Assembly (NCBI GenBank): GCA_905235375.1
Contig: CAJOLH010000002.1
Span: 13,416 to 77,415 of the forward strand
DNA length: 64,000 nt
Reading direction: 5' to 3'
Source: an uncultured Bacteroidales bacterium
Lineage (GTDB): Bacteria; Bacteroidota; Bacteroidia; Bacteroidales; UBA3663
In this document: positions 28,005 through 35,202 of the stretch, piece after piece
Numbering within the stretch: the stretch's first letter is position 1
Layout of the letters: each line of letters starts with the position of its first letter
Translations under genes and position numbers: made by a program
Notes under the pieces: model-generated
The model's database searches: none
Seen by the model: the letters and a program-made list of their open reading frames with translations, nothing else
Told to the model about the DNA's origin: nothing

Positions 28005-30485
28005 TTAAATGTTCGGTTCATCCCAAACCTTGGTGCGCTTACAGTTGACACTTTGGGTCAACTTGCCCACCTTGAGGATAAATTCGCCTTCTTCAAGCGT
28101 CCACTTGCCCTCGTCGTTGACGAATGCAAGGTTCTTGGCAGGAAGTTTGAAAGTCACCGTAGCAGTCTCACCAGGTTTCAAATCCACCTTGTCGAAATTG
28201 CGGAGACGCTTGTTGTCGGGAACCATGCTTGCCACCACATCGCTCGAATAGAGGAGGACGGGCTCTTTGCCTGCCACTGCGCCGGTGTTCTTCACATCGA
28301 CGGTGACGGTCAGTACATCATTCTCATCAAATTCGGTCATGTCAACCTTCAGGTTGCTGTATTCGAAAGTGGTGTAGCTCAAACCGTAGCCGAAGGGCCA
28401 TTGCAGCGAAACTTTGGCATCATAGTTGTAGGCACCCGCCATGGTTCCAACCTCTTCGCTTACCTTGTAGTCATAGTTGGCCAGCGAATTGATTTCACGC
28501 GGATAGGTATATGGAAGCTTGGCCGAGAAGTTGGCATCGCCTGCCATCAGGTTGGCAAGGGCATCGGCTCCATAGTTGCCTGGCAGCAGAATGTCGATGA
28601 CACCCTTTGCCAATGGTTCGATGTCGGCTATCAGGCGCGGACGGCCTTCGTTCAGCACAAGAATGATGGGCTTGCCCGTCTTGGCCAAAGCCTTCACCAG
28701 ATTACGCTGATTCTCGCTCAACCAAAGGTCAGTGAGGTTGCCGGGAGTCTCGCAATAGCTGTTCTCGCCAATACAGGCCACGATGACATCAACGCCTCGC
28801 GCAGCAGCCACAGCCTTGTCGATGTGGGGAGGAAGCTCGTCGTAATAAGCGCCAGCCTCGTTGTATTCCACACCCTTCTCAAGAATGACATTCTTTGCGC
28901 CGAACTTGTTGCAGAAAGCCTCGTAGATGGTGTTGTACTTCTCAGCCAAAGCCTCGATGTTCGAACCCTGCCAGGTGTAGCTCCAGCCACCATTGAGGCA
29001 GCGCATCTGATTGGTATTCGGACCCGTAAGCAGAATCTTCACGCCCTGCTTGAGCGGCAGTATGCCGTCCTCGTTCTTGAGCAGGATTTCGCCTTCTTCA
29101 GCCGAATGGAGTGCCTTTTGGGCAAATTCGTCGCATCCGAACTTCTCATAGCCCTCGCCTCCCGTGTTGGGATTGTCGAAGAGACCCAAGCGATACTTCA
29201 CGCGAAGCACGCGGCGAGCGGCATCGTCGATGCGCGACATGGGCACCTTGCCTTCCTCCACCAATTCCTTCAGCAGCACGCAAAACTCCACACTGTAGGG
29301 GTCCATACTCATATCGACGCCGGCATTGATGGCGATGCGGATGGCATCCTTCTTATCCTTGGCAACCTTCTCACGCTGATAGAGGTTGTTGATGTCGGCC
29401 CAGTCGGTCACAATCATGCCGTCCCACTGCAAGTCCTCCTTCAGCCACTGGGTAAGGTACATGTAGCTCGAATGAACAGGCACACCATTGATCGAAGCGG
29501 AGTTGACCATGATGGTCAAGGCACCAGCCTTGATGGCATTCTTGAAGGGTTCGAAATACTTTTCGCGCAGCATGGCAGGGGAGAGGTAGGCAGGCGTACG
29601 GTCTTTGCCAGTGAAGGGAGCACCGTATGCGAAGTAATGCTTCACGCTCGTTGCTACGTGGTACTTGTCGAGATGATTGGGGTCATCGCCCTGATAGCCC
29701 GCAATCTCTGCCTCAACCATACGCGAATTGACAATGGCATCTTCGCCGAAACTTTCCCAGATACGCGACCAGCGCGGATCACGACCCAGATCGAGCACAG
29801 GATTATATACCCAGGGGCAGTTTGCCGCGCGGCTTTCGTAGGCGGTGATTTCAGCCATCTCCTTTGCTAAGGCGATATTGAACGATGCACCGAGATTGAT
29901 GGGTTGTGGGAAGAGCGTACCACCCTGCACATAGGTCACACCGTGATTGTTGTCAAGACCATAGATGTCGGGGATGCCGAGGTACTCCATCGACTTCTCT
30001 TGAATCTGTGGAATCCAGCGCTGCCATTGTTCAATGGTGCCAGCTACACCAGGGGCATTGAGTACCGAACCCACCTTCCATTTGCTGATGGTAGTGTCGA
30101 GCACAGTCTCGTTGAGTTCCCACGAACGCTTGGTGTCGCTCGTGAAAATGTCGAGACCATAATTGCCCATCTGCTGAATAATCTCTTCATCGCTCTTTTT
30201 CAGAATTTCGGCCACAGCCTTTTCGTCCTGTCCGAACTGAAGCAAAGTCTTGCGAAGCTTGTCGCGATCAATCTTCGCATTCTCGAACTTCATGCCGCCC
30301 AGCACGTCGAGATTCAACTCAAGCATCTGGCCAATCTTCTCATCGAGTGACATCGCTGCCAGTTTCTTCTCGATCTTGGCTTCAAGTTCTGCATCACGAG
30401 GAATTGCCGGCTCAGTCGTTTGCTGCTTATTGCAAGCTGTAGCAACCACAGCCAGGGCAAATGTCAAAAAAAATGTCTTTTTCAT
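28005..30485 (-). CDS. Glycoside hydrolase family 3 (beta-glucosidase/xylosidase-like) lipoprotein
   Basis: 826 aa. Lipoprotein signal (VVATAC), LDEKIGQM, KHYFAYG, the nucleophile context GMIVTDWADI, and a C-terminal Fn3-like domain. An 18 nt gap before the PL1 gene suggests co-transcription. Confidence 0.92.
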   Translation of the reverse strand: MKKTFFLTFALAVVATACNKQQTTEPAIPRDAELEAKIEKKLAAMSLDEKIGQMLELNLDVLGGMKFENAKIDRDKLRKTLLQFGQDEKAVAEILKKSDEEIIQQMGNYGLDIFTSDTKRSWELNETVLDTTISKWKVGSVLNAPGVAGTIEQWQRWIPQIQEKSMEYLGIPDIYGLDNNHGVTYVQGGTLFPQPINLGASFNIALAKEMAEITAYESRAANCPWVYNPVLDLGRDPRWSRIWESFGEDAIVNSRMVEAEIAGYQGDDPNHLDKYHVATSVKHYFAYGAPFTGKDRTPAYLSPAMLREKYFEPFKNAIKAGALTIMVNSASINGVPVHSSYMYLTQWLKEDLQWDGMIVTDWADINNLYQREKVAKDKKDAIRIAINAGVDMSMDPYSVEFCVLLKELVEEGKVPMSRIDDAARRVLRVKYRLGLFDNPNTGGEGYEKFGCDEFAQKALHSAEEGEILLKNEDGILPLKQGVKILLTGPNTNQMRCLNGGWSYTWQGSNIEALAEKYNTIYEAFCNKFGAKNVILEKGVEYNEAGAYYDELPPHIDKAVAAARGVDVIVACIGENSYCETPGNLTDLWLSENQRNLVKALAKTGKPIILVLNEGRPRLIADIEPLAKGVIDILLPGNYGADALANLMAGDANFSAKLPYTYPREINSLANYDYKVSEEVGTMAGAYNYDAKVSLQWPFGYGLSYTTFEYSNLKVDMTEFDENDVLTVTVDVKNTGAVAGKEPVLLYSSDVVASMVPDNKRLRNFDKVDLKPGETATVTFKLPAKNLAFVNDEGKWTLEEGEFILKVGKLTQSVNCKRTKVWDEPNI

Positions 30486-30528
30486 TTGTGTAGGTTTAAG
30501 AAAGCAAATTTACATATATAATACGCCG

Positions 30529-30536
30529 CAAAGTTA
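30529..30536 (-). promoter_or_regulatory. -7 box TAACTTTG (minus strand) upstream of the GH3 gene
   Basis: The plus strand reads CAAAGTTA at 30529-30536, 44 nt upstream of ATG 30485. Confidence 0.4.
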
Positions 30537-30597
30537 TATAAAAAAGTTCATTCTGCAAAGTATTTCCACCGAAAAAAGCAAATTTGTGAATAAAAAT

Positions 30598-30628
30598 TTT
30601 GTCAAGTCAGATTTAATTAATAATTTTG
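30598..30628 (+). promoter_or_regulatory. Bacteroidota-type promoter (-33 TTTG, -7 TAATTTTG) for the RyR/TIR operon
   Basis: TTTG at 30598-30601, a 19 nt spacer, and TAATTTTG at 30621-30628. It sits 39 nt upstream of ATG 30667. Confidence 0.5.
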
Positions 30629-30666
30629 CACGCTCAAGCAAGGTTTACAACCCCTTTTAGCCCATC

Positions 30667-33393
30667 ATGCAAACACCAGATGTTTGGGGAGATATCCCCT
30701 TTTGCAATTATACCTATTCGTTCGACTCACTGCTCAACAGTCCAGACTCGTTAAAGCAAGCCGAATCTTTGCGTATGCTTCGTGATATCTATGTCGTAAA
30801 TGTAGAGTCATCACAAGGAGCCAACCAATTCTTAAAATTCTATCGGCAATGCAGCGAAAATTGGTTGCCCTCGTTATTTTCTTTCGAATCGTTTACGCTT
30901 AAACTAATCCTATTGCTCCTTCTTGTCGTGGGGTTAACAATTCTATTTGTCCCTGCTTTACGAAACAGGATCAACAGCCACGTTGGCACGGTTCGTATGA
31001 TTACCGTTTGCCTTTGCTTGATGTTCCTTGCAGTTCCTCTTGGCAAGGATTATTATCCAATCATGTGTATTACAATCCTGAGCCTTGGGTTGCTTATCCT
31101 TTTCCTTTTTATTTTTGCACGTCTATCCTTATTATTCAAGAAGCATTGGTTCTGGACTGCAATTGTTTTGTTAGCGATTATCACAGCTTTTGTCAATTTT
31201 TCCCAGCCTATACCTTCCTTATCTCAAGTAAAAGTCAATGACAATCCTATCGACAATTACTTCCTAACCGTTACCACGGCTTTACTGCTTTTCACAGTAT
31301 TGTCATTTGTCCTTGCTTTGCATAATTATTTCGATTATAGAAAAAGCACATTAATTTCCGAAAAGAAATACCTTAGGAAACAGAATCTGGGATCATGGGC
31401 TCTCTGTACATGGTGTTTGGCTTTCCTACTTTATTTCATTGGTATATATTATAGTGGCACACAGCGTTCAATTCTCACTTCGCTACTCCGTCCTGCCTTA
31501 TCGGCCAGCAAAATCTTTATTCTTGCCGATAACACAGGAGATATTACCTTGGCTTTTCGTCGCAGTGGAATATTCATGGGTATTCTCTCGTTGACGCGAC
31601 TTTCAGGTTTCCTCGTTTCAGCCCAATTTATCATCAATTTGCTTGGAGCTCGCATCAAGGCCTCTATAAAGATTCGATTAGCGCATTGTTACAATAGTTC
31701 ACTTTACGTGTTCTTCAACATCAATAACGCTTCTGTTCAAGTCGCCAAGACCATTTCTGACACCGTTGGAAATAATCCACTTGTCGTGTTTGTAGATACT
31801 TACGAAGACAATATCTCCAATTCACGAATGACTTTTGGATTCGGTTCCTTTATGTCTTTGTTTACCCATAAGAAGGAAGCTTTTGAGACTATCGATACAA
31901 TTGATAAAAAAGACCTTCCTGCTTTAATTGACATTTCATCTTCAAAATTAGATGGAATATTCGAGGATTTCGATTCATTTTCTTCCATTGGATTAAGAAA
32001 CCTGCAAAGACTAATCAACGAATCTTCCAAAACAGAGTTCTTTTTCCTTTCGGATGATGAAAAAGCAAATATTGCTGGTGCAAAGAAACTTACTGGCTTG
32101 CTTGATAATAAATCCAAGCAGAAGTACATGATCTATTGTAATTGCCGAAACAATAGCTTAAGCCAATTGTTGCAATTCAATGATTATCGAATCGAAACTG
32201 TTGATTTTGCCAAACTGGCCATCGACCAATTAAAGAATAATCAAACAGGTCAGTTGACTGACTTATTGGACTTCGATGATACTGGCTGTTGTTGCTCTCC
32301 ATTCCGTTCGTTGGTGATTGGCCTGAATGAAATCGGCGAGGAAGCCGTCAATTATCTTTATGAATATGGTGCATTTGTAAATCATCAGAAGAAACGTAGC
32401 GATTTCGAATGTAATGTGATTGACCGCAATATGCATGACTTGGAAGGTGGTCTTTATATGCATTTCCCAGTTCTAAAGAACCAAATCAGGAATGTTCGAA
32501 TCAATCTATTACATTACGAAGTAGGAAGCCATAATTTTTGGAACTGGATCGAACAACAAATCTCATCTCTGAATTTCATACTAATTTCCTTAAGAAACGA
32601 AGATGAGCAACTGACTCTGGCCGACGATCTTTACAATCTTGCAGTCCGTCGTCGTCCTAAAGATGCTCCATTGCCTCTTAGAATATTTATTTGCGCATAT
32701 TCTGCCAACAGTGCAAACAAACTTAATTTGATGGCTGAAACCTATAGCAACTTGAATAGTTATGGCAATGTGCAAATAGTACCATTCGGACTGTCCGACA
32801 AACTCTTCGATTACCAATACATCACAAAACAGAAAATTTTAAGCCGTGCAAAGCAGTTCTACCAATCCTACCAAAAAGCGACAGAGAAACTTACGGAGGA
32901 AATGATTTCGTGGGAAAAACGTCGCGAGAATGTTCTTGCAAAGGAAAAGGATGACAACTCAACAGGTAAACTTGCGTCAATCCTTGAACTACTTCGTATG
33001 GAGTCGCAGGATATCAGTAATGAATATCATCGCAGAACAAAAATCTCAATCATCAAGCGTGCTCTTGCTCTTCACGATCAACACCACTACTCGTTACAGG
33101 AGATTTGTGAAGCCTTGCCGAAATCCATTACCTATGACATAAAGGCAAACCATATCTGTAACGATGATTATCTTAATACCTTGATTGAGAACATCGCTGT
33201 ATTGGAACACATTCGTTGGGAGGCAAGTCATGAGATTCAAGGATTCCAATATGATGCCAACGTTAAAAAACAAATACGTTCATTACTCAAAAAACATCCT
33301 TATATGGTGGATTGGAGCGATTTGACCAACGAAATCAAACTATATGACTTCGCAGTAGTAATTACCTCACTAATGATAGAAATAGATGAATAA
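30667..33393 (+). CDS. Polytopic membrane protein with two Rossmann/RCK(TrkA_N)-like modules and a C-terminal RyR domain
   Basis: 908 aa with about seven hydrophobic helices between about aa 78 and 325 (for example LKLILLLLLVVGLTILFVPAL, YFLTVTTALLLFTVLSFVLAL). Rossmann-like beta-alpha-beta starts: SLYVFFNINNASVQVAKTIS..PLVVFVD and RSLVIGLNEIGEEAVNYLYEYGAF...ECNVIDRN. The C-terminus LIENIAVLEHIRWEASHEIQGFQYD...KKHPYMVDWSDLTNEIKLYDFAVV fits the RyR-domain pattern (H..W....GW.YG....K.HP.LV.Y..L...EK..D). I saw no K+ selectivity-filter motif. Confidence 0.7.
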   Translation: MQTPDVWGDIPFCNYTYSFDSLLNSPDSLKQAESLRMLRDIYVVNVESSQGANQFLKFYRQCSENWLPSLFSFESFTLKLILLLLLVVGLTILFVPALRNRINSHVGTVRMITVCLCLMFLAVPLGKDYYPIMCITILSLGLLILFLFIFARLSLLFKKHWFWTAIVLLAIITAFVNFSQPIPSLSQVKVNDNPIDNYFLTVTTALLLFTVLSFVLALHNYFDYRKSTLISEKKYLRKQNLGSWALCTWCLAFLLYFIGIYYSGTQRSILTSLLRPALSASKIFILADNTGDITLAFRRSGIFMGILSLTRLSGFLVSAQFIINLLGARIKASIKIRLAHCYNSSLYVFFNINNASVQVAKTISDTVGNNPLVVFVDTYEDNISNSRMTFGFGSFMSLFTHKKEAFETIDTIDKKDLPALIDISSSKLDGIFEDFDSFSSIGLRNLQRLINESSKTEFFFLSDDEKANIAGAKKLTGLLDNKSKQKYMIYCNCRNNSLSQLLQFNDYRIETVDFAKLAIDQLKNNQTGQLTDLLDFDDTGCCCSPFRSLVIGLNEIGEEAVNYLYEYGAFVNHQKKRSDFECNVIDRNMHDLEGGLYMHFPVLKNQIRNVRINLLHYEVGSHNFWNWIEQQISSLNFILISLRNEDEQLTLADDLYNLAVRRRPKDAPLPLRIFICAYSANSANKLNLMAETYSNLNSYGNVQIVPFGLSDKLFDYQYITKQKILSRAKQFYQSYQKATEKLTEEMISWEKRRENVLAKEKDDNSTGKLASILELLRMESQDISNEYHRRTKISIIKRALALHDQHHYSLQEICEALPKSITYDIKANHICNDDYLNTLIENIAVLEHIRWEASHEIQGFQYDANVKKQIRSLLKKHPYMVDWSDLTNEIKLYDFAVVITSLMIEIDE

Positions 33394-33679
33394 GAAAAAA
33401 TACATTCCGCAACCGATTGACACTACAGGCGTTGAATTGCCTGCTGAACTGTTGGATTTGTCAGAAACCATAGCTCGTAATGTTCATGACATTTGGGCTC
33501 AATCACGCATAAATGAAGGTTGGACCTATGGAGAAAAACGCAATGACGAGAAACGTCAGACACCCTGCCTGGTCGATTATGACGATCTTAGCGAAGAAGA
33601 GAAAGCTTACGATATGAATACATCCCTTGAGTCCTTGCGTCTTATCGTAAAACTGGGCTTCAAAATAACAAAAGATTAA
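33386..33679 (+). CDS. Free-standing RyR-domain protein
   Basis: 97 aa. ARNVHDIWAQSRINEGWTYGEKRNDEKRQTPCLVDYDDLSEEEKAYDMNTSLESLRLIVKLGFKI is a near-textbook bacterial RyR (PF02026-type) pattern. The start overlaps the upstream stop by 8 nt (ATGAATAA). Confidence 0.8.
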   Translation: MNKKKYIPQPIDTTGVELPAELLDLSETIARNVHDIWAQSRINEGWTYGEKRNDEKRQTPCLVDYDDLSEEEKAYDMNTSLESLRLIVKLGFKITKD

Positions 33680-33709
33680 ACGAATCATTAGTCCTTAAAC
33701 CATATATAT

Positions 33710-35092
33710 ATGGGCGAAAAGATTTTTATTAGCTACAAACGAATAGATAAGAAGAAGGTATTGCCTATCGTCGAGGAAATTAGGAAAAAGACGGGGATCA
33801 ACTGCTGGATTGATATGGAAGGTATCGAAAGCGGTGATCAATTCGAACGTATTATCATCCGTGCTATCAAAGGTTGTGATATCCTTGTCTTCATGATGTC
33901 ACGCAACTCGATTGCTCCAATAATCGACACTAAGACAGGTCTTCCAGATTATGACACACAATCGTGGATCGAAAGAGAAGTGAAATTCGCTTTAGACAAG
34001 AAAAAACGTGTCATACCAATTAGCATCGATGGCACAATGGTTTCCGACTGTGATTGGTTGGCATTCAATTGCAACGGAATTGATTGCATAGATTACAGCA
34101 ACCAAGACCAACGTGATAAATTTTTCCGCGATATCACCAGATGGCTGAAGAATACAATCACCGATGTGAAGGAATCAACGGATAAAGGAGCGAAGCCAGA
34201 ACAAAAAATCGAAGTTAGACAGAAACCTAAAGTCGAGGAGAAACAGACTTCACAACAATCTTCACTTCCTACCAAAACCGCAGATTCATCATCTACTCTG
34301 CCGTACTCCTATCTTGCTATAGTCGCTGTGATTGTTGGGCTTGTCATAGCCCTTGCATTTGGACTATGGCCCAAAAACTCAACTGTAGAGCCAACAATTC
34401 CACAAAGTTCGGTCTTCAATGATAGTGCACCCTCTGTAGCTGATTCGCCAGTCTTGAAAGAAAGCGATGTCGTTCCACCCGTTGATAATGAAAAGACAAA
34501 GAGCAATCAGAATAACATTGTGGCTTCAACCCTTCCTGCATCTTCAAAAAATGCAGAACACACGTCTTCTACCAAAACCGTTTCCAACGAAGAAGTTTTA
34601 CCTACTATAAAGGGAGCACCTCACGATCTTGACAGCATTGGCACATGTTATCTGTTTGGCAAGGGTGTGACGAAAAACCAGAAACAGGCTGTCATCTATT
34701 TCCGAAGCGCAGCCCAGCAAGGTTTGGCCAGTGCGCAAACACATCTGGGTAGTTGTTATTATTCGGGCACTGGTGTCAATCAAAACCATCAACAAGCTTT
34801 TGAATGGTTTCTGAAAGCCGCAAAACAAGGAGACCTTACAGCTCAAGATAATTTAGGAAGTTGTTATCTGCTTGGACATGGAACTACTAAAAACCATATT
34901 GCTGCAGTCGAATGGTATAAAAAGGCTGCTGGCAAAGGAAATGCCAGTGCTCAAGCTCATCTCGGTAGCTGTTACCTTTATGGTCAAGGTGTCACCGCAG
35001 ATAAAGATACTGCAATTTATTGGTATGAAAAAGCCGCAGCACAGGGAAACACAACGGCAAAAAAGAATCTTGAGAAGCTATCGACAAACTGA
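33710..35092 (+). CDS. TIR domain - transmembrane helix - Sel1-repeat protein
   Basis: 460 aa. N-terminal TIR_2-type pattern: KIFISYKRIDKK..., CWIDMEGIESGDQFERIIIRAIKGCDILVFMMSRNS, SWIEREV with a candidate catalytic Glu at E90 (nt 33977-33979), and VIPISIDG. It continues through a K/E/Q-rich linker, a TM helix YLAIVAVIVGLVIALAFGLW and an S/P/T-rich linker. It ends in four to five Sel1 repeats (AQTHLGSCYYSGTGVNQNHQQAFEWFLKAAKQG... and others). Confidence 0.8.
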   Translation: MGEKIFISYKRIDKKKVLPIVEEIRKKTGINCWIDMEGIESGDQFERIIIRAIKGCDILVFMMSRNSIAPIIDTKTGLPDYDTQSWIEREVKFALDKKKRVIPISIDGTMVSDCDWLAFNCNGIDCIDYSNQDQRDKFFRDITRWLKNTITDVKESTDKGAKPEQKIEVRQKPKVEEKQTSQQSSLPTKTADSSSTLPYSYLAIVAVIVGLVIALAFGLWPKNSTVEPTIPQSSVFNDSAPSVADSPVLKESDVVPPVDNEKTKSNQNNIVASTLPASSKNAEHTSSTKTVSNEEVLPTIKGAPHDLDSIGTCYLFGKGVTKNQKQAVIYFRSAAQQGLASAQTHLGSCYYSGTGVNQNHQQAFEWFLKAAKQGDLTAQDNLGSCYLLGHGTTKNHIAAVEWYKKAAGKGNASAQAHLGSCYLYGQGVTADKDTAIYWYEKAAAQGNTTAKKNLEKLSTN

Positions 35093-35128
35093 TTAGTCAA
35101 TAACGCGACTTGATATTTGCTAAAAAAT

Positions 35129-35170
35129 AACGAGAGAATCACGATTCGTAAGAATCAAGATTCTCTCGTT
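35129..35170. terminator. Strong hairpin shared by the two convergent operons (likely bidirectional terminator)
   Basis: Perfect 12 bp stem AACGAGAGAATC (35129-35140) / GATTCTCTCGTT (35159-35170), with an A-run upstream and T-containing sequence downstream. It lies between the stops at 35092 (plus strand) and 35203 (minus strand). Confidence 0.6.
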
Positions 35171-35202
35171 CATTATTGATAAAGATGTTCAAGTGGAATC
35201 AT

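Noticed and set aside
28053-29870. 605 aa plus-strand ORF
   Set aside because: It lies entirely antisense to the well-supported GH3 gene. It is a typical shadow ORF in a GC-richer gene, with a low-complexity V/L/G/H-rich product.
30667-33393. Interpretation of the 908 aa protein as a TrkA/Kch-type potassium channel
   Set aside because: RCK-like modules are plausible, but the membrane block has no TVGYG-type selectivity filter or pore-helix signature, so I do not call it a channel.
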